Notes under the pieces: model-generated
Told to the model about the DNA's origin: nothing
Seen by the model: only the letters and a program-made list of their open reading frames with translations
Databases searched by the model: none
Part shown: positions 1 through 8,776 of the stretch, in pieces
How positions within the stretch are numbered: position 1 is the first letter of the stretch
How the letters are laid out: every line of letters starts with the position of its first letter
Made by a program: the position numbers and the translations under genes
Source of the DNA: an uncultured delta proteobacterium
GTDB lineage: Bacteria > Desulfobacterota > Desulfomonilia > Desulfomonilales > Desulfomonilaceae
Assembly: GCA_963789265.1 (NCBI GenBank)
Contig: CAWBKB010000001.1
Coordinates: forward strand, 2,240,001-2,304,000
Reading direction: 5' to 3'
DNA length: 64,000 nucleotides

Positions 1-311
1 AGCGTTGTGGGATCATAATGAGATATGACGTACCTTCGGACGGCTGCCACGAACTCGGCGGGTTCGGCCTGCCTCGGACAGGTGGCCGAACAATCTGCGC
101 AATAATAGCAGAGCCACATCTCTTTGCCGGCGGCCAAACGATCCTTCAAACCCAGTTGTGCGTACCTGATGAATTTTCGTGGAAACGCAGCCCTCCCTTC
201 AGAAAGAGAACATACCGCAGTGCAGTTTCCGCAATTGAAGCAGGCATTTATATCTGAAGCCCCGTAACGGGCCAGTTCAGTCATGAACCCAGGATCTACC
301 GTGTGGGACAT
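1..311 (-). CDS. HdrC/QmoC-like 2x[4Fe-4S] protein, N-terminal part (runs off window start)
   Basis: Not in the ORF track. Hand translation from ATG 311: MSHTVDPGFMTELARYGASDINACFNCGNCTAVC...FPRKFIRYAQLG...WLCYYCADCSATCPRQAEP. Two CxxCxxCxxxC motifs plus the FPR..IR..QLG signature of HdrC/QmoC. Confidence 0.8.
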   Translation of the reverse strand, partial: MSHTVDPGFMTELARYGASDINACFNCGNCTAVCSLSEGRAAFPRKFIRYAQLGLKDRLAAGKEMWLCYYCADCSATCPRQAEPAEFVAAVRRYVISHYDPTT

Positions 312-314
312 CGT

Positions 315-596
315 CTACTCCTTCAGCAGCACGTACAGGAAGTGGTCGCCGCTCTGTTCGCCTTCAGCCACCTTCCCATATTTCCTCATGGACGTTAGAT
401 GCCACAGCACTCGGTGAGAAGGGATGCCGGTTTCCAGGGCTATTTCCGGGACCGTTTTGGGGCCCGTGCCAAGTACTTCGGTGAGCTTCTTCCTCAATCC
501 CCTGGTCTCTTTGACTCGCTGCGTGACACCATCGATTATTGACTTCCGAGCCTCTCTGAGCGCCTTGAGTTTTTCTCTTTCAGCCTGGTCCGTCAT
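315..596 (-). CDS. Small winged helix-turn-helix protein in the hdr operon
   Basis: 93 aa; GPKTVPEIALETGIPSHRVLWHLTSMRKYGKV has a wHTH pattern; tightly spaced in the operon. Confidence 0.7.
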   Translation of the reverse strand: MTDQAEREKLKALREARKSIIDGVTQRVKETRGLRKKLTEVLGTGPKTVPEIALETGIPSHRVLWHLTSMRKYGKVAEGEQSGDHFLYVLLKE

Positions 597-614
597 CCTC
601 TTTCTCCAATGCTG

Positions 615-2535
615 TTACCGGGCTGCAATGGCATCCACCATGGCATCGAACTGGTCAAGGGTCCAACCATTGACGTTCATGGCCCGGTGCGGACATACCG
701 CGGCGCAAGCTCCGCACCCCCTGCAAAGCGCCGGATTCACCAAGGCCTTCTGCTCCACCTTGTCGTCCAGTTCCAGATCGGTCAGCGTCAAAGCGCCCCC
801 ATAACTGCACTCGGCCAGACAAAGACCACAGCCATCGCAAAGTGCGGGATCGACTCGGGCAACGAAGGGTTCTAATTCGACATATCCTTTGACCAGTGCT
901 ATGGCAGCCTTGGAAGCGGCAGCCGCTGCGGAAGCACAACTCTCTGTGATGTCTCGCGGGCCCTGGGAAGTTCCGGCCAACAGCAGGCCGTTCACCGACA
1001 TTTCCACCGGCCTGAGTTTGGGATGCACTTCTTGCAGGAACCGGTCGGCACCTACCGGCAGCTTGAATACGTCGACCAGATCCGAGATGTCGTTGGGCAT
1101 CATACCTACGGACAGGACGACCAGGTCGACGAGGGCTTCCACGTCCTCGCCAAAGGTGAGAGTGTCTTTCACCCTCACCTTTAGAGGACGCTTGGAGGTT
1201 GCTCCTGCCTTTTCGACCACAGGAAGCAAGTCGGGGGTGAACCTGAAGAACAGAACCCCCTTCTGGGAAGCCTTTTCATAGTAATCTTCGTGGCCGCGGC
1301 CGTACGAGCGGATGTCCTGGTAGTACTCGGTACACGTGCACATCGGGAAATCGGTCTTTGATCTCGTTGGCCGCCTGAAGTGTCGCCGTGCAGCAGACTC
1401 TGGAACAATAGTTGTTTACTCTACCGTCGGGCTGCGGTTCGTGAATTCCGTCTACCTGTCTGCTACCCACACAATGGATCAAGGCAATATCTCTTACCGG
1501 ACGCCCTTGGAACTCCAGCCGTCCACCGGTGGGTCCGTCGGGAGAGAGCATCTTAATGAGATCCGGCAAAGTTATCACTCGCGGGGATTCTCCGTATCCG
1601 TACTCTCCGCTCCTGGGCTCGTAATGCTTGAAGCCCGTCGCCATCACCACGACACCGGCTTTGATCTCGAGGATGTCATCCTGGGATAAATTCCAGTCTG
1701 ACCGGACTGCACAACCCTCGAATGGGCGAAAGATCACCTTCTTGTTGACGGCACCGATTTCGCTGGGGCGAGCTTCTGCTCTTCTTCGCACTTGGACCAG
1801 AAAATCCCCTATCGTGCCGCTGCTGGAGGCGACTTCGGCTTGAGTGTAGACAGTGATGTTCGAGTCATCGATCACTTCTTCCACTAGTTCCGCGAGCAAA
1901 TCCCCGGCCTTTTCTTCCGTTGGATAGACTCGATCAAGCTGCGCCGTTTGCCCTCCCAGATACGGAGATTTTTCAATGACGGTAACGCCAATTCCTTGTT
2001 TTGACAGCGTTCGAGCCGCGGTGAGACCGCTAATCCCACCGCCTATGATGACAGCGTGTGGATGAGCTTCTATTCGGATCGGCTCCAGCGGCTCAAGAAG
2101 CGCGGCTTTGGCAACCGCGGCCGCCACCAGTCTGAGGGCCTTTTGGGTGGCCTCGCCGGCATCATGACTGTGCGCCCAACTTACTTGCTCTCTGATATTT
2201 GCGTGTTCGTATAGAAACGGGTTATGTCCTTGCCTTGTCAAGGCATTGCGGAAAGTCACCTCATGAAGTTTTGGCGAACAAGATGCCACTACGACTGCAT
2301 CAAGGTCTTCGTTGCGGAGGTCTTCGAGGATCAGATCTTGCCCGGGATCCGAGCACATGAACATGTTTGTACGGGCGACTTTGACCTGTGGTATCTTTTG
2401 CACTTCTTCGGCAACTTGCTTGACGTCCACCACATCCGAGATGTTTCCGCCGCAGTGGCAAATATAAACACCTATCCGAGGCTCTTTTGACTGAATGGTC
2501 TTCGATTGGTTCTTCACTTGCGCTTCCTCGGGCAT
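615..2535 (-). CDS. hdrA: Heterodisulfide reductase subunit A-like FAD/Fe-S protein, split by a 1-nt frameshift near 1329-1330
   Basis: ORF 1276..2535 has RIGVYICHCGGNI, GGGISG FAD motif, HCVGSR and YCSRVCC. ORF 615..1343 has DIRSYG, GP+DI and two C-terminal ferredoxin motifs. Removing one C gives ...DVHVYEYYQDIRSYG, a single protein. Confidence 0.85.
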
Positions 2536-2603
2536 TTCGTACCTCTTGATTCAGACTAAGTACAGCATTTCATAAATGCGGTCTGGTATGCTGGTAGCGT
2601 CGC

Positions 2604-2661
2604 CGTCATTCCCGCGTACACGGGAATCCAGTCAGGACCCCGGATCGGAGTCCGGGGTGAC
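2604..2661. repeat. REP-like double hairpin, family A
   Basis: CGTCATTCCCGCGTACACGGGAATCCAG plus CCCCGGATCGGAGTCCGGGGTGAC; related copies at 6595-6653, 16310-16462, 44585-44692 and ~46365. Confidence 0.85.
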
Positions 2662-2755
2662 CGCAGCGAACAGGATTGCAACCACCCACCACATTGCCCG
2701 AAACAAGGCTCCGTACTTAAGAAATCGAGCATAAGGAACCACTCTGCTTGGAAGC

Positions 2756-4111
2756 TCAGCCCACCGCTTGTTCGGCAAGCACTTCTTCACTCTGGTCAGT
2801 TGCCCCGGCGATGAGTGTGGAGATCGGCCCCAGGGATGCAATATAATTTGCTGTCTCCATAGCGGCCGCACCAGCCTTTGCAATAGTATCCACAATGTCC
2901 TTGGGTCCGCCCGCAGTCCCTGCCACAAAGACCCCCTCTTGATCGGTAAGGGCCGGTGCCATTTTGGGTCTAGGACACAAGACAAAGCCGTCATCCGCTT
3001 GCCCCACCCGGATGAATTCCAGCGGGTTGCACCCGGGTAACATGCCCAACGAAAGAACGACCATGTCGTGATTTCGCTCCTCAACACGACCGTCCTCTTC
3101 CATAAGCTCTACACGAACGTTCAGATTGTGGTCCTCGCCTTCAGTGATTTTCCCTACCTTGGCTTTCACGAACTCTATGCCCATGGCCTTTGCGTTTTGA
3201 TAGAATTCTTCGTACCCCTTGCCGAAAGCGCGAATGTCCATGTAGTAAATCGTCACATCCACCAGCGGAAGAGCCCCCGAGAGTAACATCGCCTGCTTTA
3301 TTGCGTACATGCAGCAGACTCGGGAGCAGTAAGGAACGCCAAGGCTCCGATCGCGTGAACCGGCGCACTGCACGTAGGCGATGCTGTCAGGAATTTTGCC
3401 GTCCGAGGGCCGGATTACCCTCCCATAAGGGCCATTAGGCGACAACAGACGCTCCATCTGGAGCGAGGTCAAGACGTTATGGCTCTCCTCGGGGAGATAC
3501 TGTCTCTTGGCTTCCTTCAGACTGAGCTGGAATCCTGTGGCAAGAATGACGCTCTTGGCTTCAACGATCACTTCCTCGGGCTGTTGGTAATAGTCCACTG
3601 CATGGGTGGGACAGACCTTTTCACATGACCCGCAGAGCATGCAATTATCCACATCCAACAGTGCCTTCTGCGGGATAGCGGTTGCGAAAGGCACATAGAT
3701 GGCTTTCCTGGCTCCCATTCCGCCTTCAAACTCATGCGGCAAACCCACAGGGCAAACGTACTCACACTGGCGACAACCTATGCAGAGCTTTTCGTCCACG
3801 TATCTTGGTTTTCGTGTGAGATTGGCTCGGAAGAGTGGACCCTCTCGTGTGATGGATCTGACTTCCGTGTAGGTAAAGATTTGTATGTTCGGGTGATGAG
3901 CCGCGGCAGCCATCCGTGGCGTTGTGATACAGCTTGCGCAGTCCAGAGTAGGGAAGACTTTGCTCAGGGCTATCATCACCCCGCCTATGCTTGCCTCCTT
4001 TTCCACGACAGCTACTCTGAACCCCTGATCGGCCAGATCCAGGGCTGAGGTGAGCCCGGCTATACCTCCGCCGACGACAAGAGCGTCATAGTGTTCGGCC
4101 AGCGTTTTCAT
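2756..4111 (-). CDS. hdrA: Second HdrA-like FAD/Fe-S protein
   Basis: VVGGGIAG, KVFPTLDCASCI, inserted 2x[4Fe-4S] ferredoxin domain, QCAGSRD, YCSRVCCMY, GPKDI. Confidence 0.9.
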   Translation of the reverse strand: MKTLAEHYDALVVGGGIAGLTSALDLADQGFRVAVVEKEASIGGVMIALSKVFPTLDCASCITTPRMAAAAHHPNIQIFTYTEVRSITREGPLFRANLTRKPRYVDEKLCIGCRQCEYVCPVGLPHEFEGGMGARKAIYVPFATAIPQKALLDVDNCMLCGSCEKVCPTHAVDYYQQPEEVIVEAKSVILATGFQLSLKEAKRQYLPEESHNVLTSLQMERLLSPNGPYGRVIRPSDGKIPDSIAYVQCAGSRDRSLGVPYCSRVCCMYAIKQAMLLSGALPLVDVTIYYMDIRAFGKGYEEFYQNAKAMGIEFVKAKVGKITEGEDHNLNVRVELMEEDGRVEERNHDMVVLSLGMLPGCNPLEFIRVGQADDGFVLCPRPKMAPALTDQEGVFVAGTAGGPKDIVDTIAKAGAAAMETANYIASLGPISTLIAGATDQSEEVLAEQAVG

Positions 4112-4545
4112 TTTGCTAAGTGCTCTATCTCCCCTTTGCGGGGGGAGCCGATTTCTTTGAGAAGGCTGTTCATCTGGTTGACTTCCTTAAGGAACGCTTT
4201 GGTACAGACGGTGCATATAGCGGTAAGTTTGATCCTTCGACGGTCGTATCCTTCCTGCTTCATCCTCCCGGTGACCCTGTCCATTCGCGCGGCAAAACGA
4301 CGATACGCGCCTTGGTAGGGACATTCCTCACCACACGACATAACGATGATGCCGCCTATTCCTTTATCCAGGGTCCGAAAGTAGAAATCTTCCGGAAGCA
4401 TTACAGGAGCCGGAATTCGAAGTATGTAAGTATTGGGCGGATAGGACAGGTGTGCCTGTCCGACCGTATCGGCCCCGGGGTAGGCGCACGCTATTGTCGC
4501 CAAGATGAGAATCTTCGCCTGGGCCGCGTCTGATGAAGTTGCCAT
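4108..4545 (-). CDS. mvhD: MvhD/FlpD-like [2Fe-2S] subunit (divergent Cys pattern)
   Basis: CAYPGADTVG...YPPN..I+R, SCGEECPY, ICTVC; 4-nt overlap with hdrA. Confidence 0.7.
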   Translation of the reverse strand: MATSSDAAQAKILILATIACAYPGADTVGQAHLSYPPNTYILRIPAPVMLPEDFYFRTLDKGIGGIIVMSCGEECPYQGAYRRFAARMDRVTGRMKQEGYDRRRIKLTAICTVCTKAFLKEVNQMNSLLKEIGSPRKGEIEHLAK

Positions 4546-4556
4546 GTCTCTGCCCG

Positions 4557-4811
4557 CTATTTCTTTCTCGTAACAAAGATTCGATCGTACCCCTCGGCTT
4601 CAAGCACTCCCATGAACTCATGACCGACCTTCTTTGCCCACGCAGGGATGTCGCTCTTGGTCGCCGGATCGTTGGAAAGCACTTCCAGAACGTCGCCCAC
4701 CTTGACTTGCCCGATCCCCTTCTTTGCTTCGAGCAACGGTCCCGGACATGCGCTACCCCACGCGTCAACCACCTTGGCGGCGGTCAGGTTGGCCAATTCT
4801 ACGTTACTCAT
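4557..4811 (-). CDS. tusA: TusA-family sulfur carrier protein
   Basis: VVDAWGSACPGPLL (CPxP motif), DPATKSDIPAW. Start moved to ATG 4811 because of the RBS AGGAGG and because the longer ORF start lies inside the sigma54 promoter. Confidence 0.9.
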   Translation of the reverse strand: MSNVELANLTAAKVVDAWGSACPGPLLEAKKGIGQVKVGDVLEVLSNDPATKSDIPAWAKKVGHEFMGVLEAEGYDRIFVTRKK

Positions 4812-4862
4812 GGATATTTCCTCCTGGATCATTTCGTCTTGGCGCTCGGTTTCTGATGAATA

Positions 4863-4878
4863 AGCAATTGCCATGCCA
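4863..4878 (-). promoter_or_regulatory. Sigma54 -24/-12 promoter of the tusA-hdr operon
   Basis: TGGCATGGCAATTGCT (GG-N10-GC), about 50 bp upstream of tusA, next to a divergent bEBP gene. Confidence 0.85.
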
Positions 4879-4975
4879 TCTCATGAACCGGACCGTTGAC
4901 TTGAGCTGAAACCAATAAAATTAGCCAGATAGAAGATGCATCCCGGTCAATGGCTCTTCACGGCACCATGTTCCA

Positions 4976-5032
4976 TGTCAATCTTTCTTGAGAAATTGGT
5001 TGACAAATGTTAACCTGTAAACCTGGGTTTAC
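4976..5032. promoter_or_regulatory. Candidate upstream activator sites for the bEBP
   Basis: Palindromes TGTCAA-N18-TTGACA (4976-5005) and GTAAAC-CTGG-GTTTAC (5017-5032), 100-150 bp upstream of the sigma54 site. Confidence 0.5.
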
Positions 5033-5066
5033 GTTAACGTTTAAGCTCGGCAGTTGAGGTGCCTCG

Positions 5067-6422
5067 ATGAATCAGCAAGAGATGGTCGGCTTCTGGAAAA
5101 CCATCGTCGATACAATGATGAACGGCCTGATAGTGGTTGACGCAGACGGGATGATAGTCGCGGTCAATCATGCCACTGAAGAAATCACCGGCTATGAGCG
5201 GGAGGAACTCATCGGAAGCCCCTGCACGATTCTAAACTGCGACCAATGCCCTGCCCGTGTGCCGGAAGGCGACTTTACATGCGATCTGTTCGAGACGAAA
5301 CAAATCGAGAAGCGCAGATGTACTCTCACGAGAAAAGATGGCACCGTGCTGCCTGTAGTGAAGAATGCCAGAGTCCTCAGCGGGAATGATGGAAAGGTCA
5401 ATGGTGGCGTAGAGACCATCACGGATCTCAGTGAGATAGTTACCAGAGATCTGAAAATAGCCAGATTGAGTTCAATATTGAAGGGCAAAGACAGCTTTCA
5501 CGAGATCATTGGGAAATGTCGAGCAATGCAAGATGTCTTTGATTTGATCACCGATGCGGCTCAATCGGATGCGCCCATTATCATCTACGGTGAAAGCGGC
5601 ACAGGCAAAGAACTCGTCGCGTCCGCGATTCATAAACTGGGCAGACGTAAGGCCGGTCCTTCGGTCAAAGTGAATTGCGCGGCCTTAACCGAATCACTCT
5701 TGGAAAGCGAGCTATTCGGACATGTCAAGGGCGCTTACACTGGAGCTGACAGAAACAGAAAGGGGCGTTTTGAAGTGGCGGACGGAGGGAATATTTTTCT
5801 CGATGAGATCGGAGACATCCCGCTTTCCATGCAGGTGAAAATATTGCGGGTTTTGCAAGAAAAAGAATTCGAGCGAGTTGGAGATAGTAAACCAATAAGA
5901 GTGGATGTCAGAATCATCTCGGCGACTCATCGAGATCTGTCCGAAATGATTGCTCGGAATGAGTTCAGGGAGGATTTGTTCTATCGTCTCAATGTTATCC
6001 CAATCCATTTGCCTCCTTTAAGAAAAAGGCGGGAGGACCTTCCGTTGCTGATCGAACATTTCATCGAGGAAAATCGCTTGAAAACCGGCAAAAACATAAT
6101 CGGGATCAGCAGCCGGGCCATGAACTCGCTGATATCCTACTCCTGGCCGGGCAATATCAGGGAGTTGCTCAATGCTATTGAATATGCTTTTGTGGTCTGT
6201 CGGCAGGCACGCATAGAAGAGCCTCACCTCCCCGAAGCTATCAAGAATGGAAAATCATCGCTTTCCTCGGCTAAAGACGGTGAAGGGGAAAGGAACCGGA
6301 TCGTCGAAGCTATCAGGCAAGCTGGCGGCAAAAAACTTGAGGCGGCCCGACTGCTCGGGATTACCAGGCAAGCTCTCTGGAAAAAAATGGCCAAGTTGGG
6401 GATCAAAAAGGAATTTGCCTGA
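5067..6422 (+). CDS. Sigma54-dependent transcriptional activator (PAS-AAA+-Fis HTH)
   Basis: N-terminal PAS domain with several Cys, GESGTGKE Walker A, ESELFGHVKGAYTGA (GAFTGA variant), WPGNIREL, C-terminal HTH. Confidence 0.95.
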   Translation: MNQQEMVGFWKTIVDTMMNGLIVVDADGMIVAVNHATEEITGYEREELIGSPCTILNCDQCPARVPEGDFTCDLFETKQIEKRRCTLTRKDGTVLPVVKNARVLSGNDGKVNGGVETITDLSEIVTRDLKIARLSSILKGKDSFHEIIGKCRAMQDVFDLITDAAQSDAPIIIYGESGTGKELVASAIHKLGRRKAGPSVKVNCAALTESLLESELFGHVKGAYTGADRNRKGRFEVADGGNIFLDEIGDIPLSMQVKILRVLQEKEFERVGDSKPIRVDVRIISATHRDLSEMIARNEFREDLFYRLNVIPIHLPPLRKRREDLPLLIEHFIEENRLKTGKNIIGISSRAMNSLISYSWPGNIRELLNAIEYAFVVCRQARIEEPHLPEAIKNGKSSLSSAKDGEGERNRIVEAIRQAGGKKLEAARLLGITRQALWKKMAKLGIKKEFA

Positions 6423-6594
6423 TTGTCCACCGCTGAGAACACAGAGATCGCGGAGAATTCTGCTCTCTACAAACCTGTATGGGGATTCTCGAAATTGATC
6501 ACGGAACAAGAAGAAGGCTTGGTGGCGACGCCCCGCGCGGAACGCGGGGTTGCAGTGGGGATGCCTCGCGTGGAACGCGGGACTCCCTGCCATT

Positions 6595-6715
6595 CGTCAC
6601 CCCGGACTTCGATCCGGGGTCCAGTCTGGATGCCCGCGTACGCGGGCATGACGACAGGCAATCACGCCCGGGCGTGACTGTCCTACTAAAAACACGGTGT
6701 CACTTGTTTGAAAGC
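6595..6715. repeat. REP-like family A copy with ~60-bp shared tail
   Basis: 6626-6715 is nearly identical to 44664-44753. Confidence 0.85.
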
Positions 6716-7038
6716 GAATAGGTATTATTCCTCCCTTTCGTAAAGCGGGGTCAGGGGAAACTTTTTGGATACCTCCTTGAAAATCCCCCTAAATCCCCCT
6801 TTAGAAAAGGCGATATTATACTTGCCAAACCCTTCTTTGTTTGCCTTGATACTTTCTATCTAAAAACGCGCGCGGTTCCAATAACTTACCTCTTGAAAAC
6901 GAGAAACAGAACCATGTAGTCTTCCCGATTCAGAAACGGAAAAAGCCGAATAAAGGAACTATCTTAGCGGTATCATTCCTTTATTCGGCCCGATGTTGGG
7001 TCAGGGCGACCCCTAAACAACCAATGGAGGATAACATC

Positions 7039-7275
7039 ATGTCCATTCCTGAATCAACACGAAACGAACTGTACTTGAGAGCAGGCGGTTTTTGCGAGTG
7101 TACCATGCTTACCTGTTTTGAACATCCGCGTGGAATGAGATGCCCTAAGCCCCTTGGTTGGGGTTGGCATGCTCACCATAGATCGAGATGGGGCGGTGAT
7201 GACCTTGGCAATCTTCTTGCCATGTGCCCAGAGTGTCACCAGAATACCCTAACTTATGGTCAGCCTCGCTGGTAA
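7039..7275 (+). CDS. Small HNH endonuclease (IS passenger)
   Basis: RBS GGAGG; MSIPESTRNELYLRAGGFCEC...WHAHH...GGDDLGNLLAMCPECHQ; HNH core with Cys zinc ligands. Confidence 0.75.
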   Translation: MSIPESTRNELYLRAGGFCECTMLTCFEHPRGMRCPKPLGWGWHAHHRSRWGGDDLGNLLAMCPECHQNTLTYGQPRW

Positions 7276-7630
7276 AGCGTTTGTGTAGTCGCTTCAATGC
7301 GCGCAGAACGTGCGGGAAAGCTTCATGCCAAACCGTTAACTCTGCTTGAATAAGACCCGATTCACAAACTTGGAGATAAACGGTCGCCCTATCCCCAACT
7401 TCTCTTACTAAGGCTGGCCCAAAAAAGCCAAGAACAAATTCTGCCAATTCTCTCCAGAAATGTCGGCCCTCATAACAGCCATATATGAATAATATTCGCG
7501 CTGGTCGATCTTGACTGCCTTGGCAGCTTGAAATTGTTTGAAGTCGTGCAAAGGCACTTAGAGCCGTCACCAAGTCAGCAACGCCTTCATCCACCGGTGC
7601 GTTGACCTTTATGAATTTCTGTTTATGCAT
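7145..7630 (-). CDS. Hypothetical protein with TYW3-like N-terminal motif (IS passenger)
   Basis: VDEGVADLVTALSAF..LQTISSCQG resembles the D..I..LV..LN...TTSSCSG motif of the TYW3 fold; start overlaps the stop of the upstream small ORF. Confidence 0.5.
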   Translation of the reverse strand: MHKQKFIKVNAPVDEGVADLVTALSAFARLQTISSCQGSQDRPARILFIYGCYEGRHFWRELAEFVLGFFGPALVREVGDRATVYLQVCESGLIQAELTVWHEAFPHVLRALKRLHKRFTSEADHKLGYSGDTLGTWQEDCQGHHRPISIYGEHANPNQGA

Positions 7631-7787
7631 TCTCGGTCGGTTCTTTTGTTTTTTTTGCTGGGAGTATCTTCTTTAGGGCTTCGTCAAGTTTTTCTTCTGC
7701 GTCTTCTCCCAAATGTTCTTCAGCAACCTTTACGAAGCGCGCATATTGCTCCGCGTCGTCTGGCTTCGGTTTTTTCTTTCTTCCCAT
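7623..7787 (-). CDS. 54-aa protein translationally coupled to the IS1595 transposase
   Basis: Below the ORF-track cutoff. TAATG overlap with the transposase stop; MGRKKKPKPDDAEQYARFVKVAEEHLGEDAEEKLDEALKKILPAKKTKEPTENA. Confidence 0.6.
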   Translation of the reverse strand: MGRKKKPKPDDAEQYARFVKVAEEHLGEDAEEKLDEALKKILPAKKTKEPTENA

Positions 7788-8761
7788 TATCGCATAACCC
7801 CGATTTGCCTATCAGTCGTTTGATAGGTGAGACGCTTTCCCACTACGCCCCTTAGCAGTATATCGGCTCTCTCAGTATCGCTAAAGCCTTTACGGGCGGA
7901 TCTCTTCTTGCTGTTGGGCCTGCCACAACGGTTATTATACCGAAAATCGAATTCGGCAAGGTAACGATGGAGATGCTGTTTTTTGCAATGCTGATAGATG
8001 CCCTTCATTCCTCGCTTAAAGATCGAAAAGAAGCCTTCAGCGCAATTGACGTGGACGGTGCGGTCTTCCCTGGACACATATTCCCCGTTACTGTGTTGAA
8101 CCATGCCATGCTCGGCAAAGTTTTCGTCAATGTGGCGATACTGACCGGCATCGTCAGTCATAACTCTTGCTTCTCGGTCTATATTCTCCTGTAGAATCGG
8201 AACGATGGTCTTTGCGTCAACGCTGTCCACGACCATACTTCGTGAACAACCAGACTCACGGTCAATGAGAGAAAGGATTTTGCGCTTGTGCACGTACCCT
8301 TTCTTCACTTCTTTACCGGGCTCATTCCAAAGAAAAGTTTCGTCAGATTCCACGGCCCCGCCATTTGCACCAAAAGGGGTCAGGTCACCGCTTCTCATGG
8401 CTTCTCGGATGCGATGACTCATGAACCAAGCACTTTTGAGAGTAATCCCCAACATCCTGTGGAGTTGATTTGAGGAAATACCCTTCTTTGATGCGGCAAT
8501 GAGGGTCATAGCCTGAAGCCACAATCGAAGCGGAATATGGCTTGATTCAAAGATGGTTCCGATCTTCACAGAAAACTGCTTTCGGCACACATAACACTTG
8601 TAAAGCCCGATTCGGGTGCTATTGCCCTTCATCTTACTTATACGCTCAGTAGCACCACAATGGGGGCACACCGGACCGTTAGGCCATATCCGGGCTTCAA
8701 TATACGCGTATGCAGCCTCTTCGGTTTGGAAGTGTGGCTTAGAGATGGTTGCGTGCCTCAT
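7787..8761 (-). CDS. IS1595-family DDE transposase
   Basis: N-terminal zinc ribbon (CPHC...CYVC), HTH, VESDETF / MTDD / HVNCAEGFFSIFKR, HLHRYLAEFDFRYN. Confidence 0.95.
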   Translation of the reverse strand: MRHATISKPHFQTEEAAYAYIEARIWPNGPVCPHCGATERISKMKGNSTRIGLYKCYVCRKQFSVKIGTIFESSHIPLRLWLQAMTLIAASKKGISSNQLHRMLGITLKSAWFMSHRIREAMRSGDLTPFGANGGAVESDETFLWNEPGKEVKKGYVHKRKILSLIDRESGCSRSMVVDSVDAKTIVPILQENIDREARVMTDDAGQYRHIDENFAEHGMVQHSNGEYVSREDRTVHVNCAEGFFSIFKRGMKGIYQHCKKQHLHRYLAEFDFRYNNRCGRPNSKKRSARKGFSDTERADILLRGVVGKRLTYQTTDRQIGVMR

Positions 8762-8776
8762 AATAACCGTCCTGTC

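Noticed and set aside
4812..4874. N-terminal extension of TusA in the ORF track
   Set aside because: That start lies inside the sigma54 promoter; a strong RBS precedes ATG 4811.
6255..6721. Several short ORFs (also at 2632-3087, 44418-44814, 45929-46653, 56425-56688)
   Set aside because: They are translations of REP/MITE repeats or antisense shadows of real genes, with no recognisable domains.
7039..7275. IscB/HEARO-type RNA-guided nuclease
   Set aside because: Only 78 aa, with no RuvC motifs or PLMP N-terminus, and it lies in a DDE IS1595 element rather than IS200/IS605.
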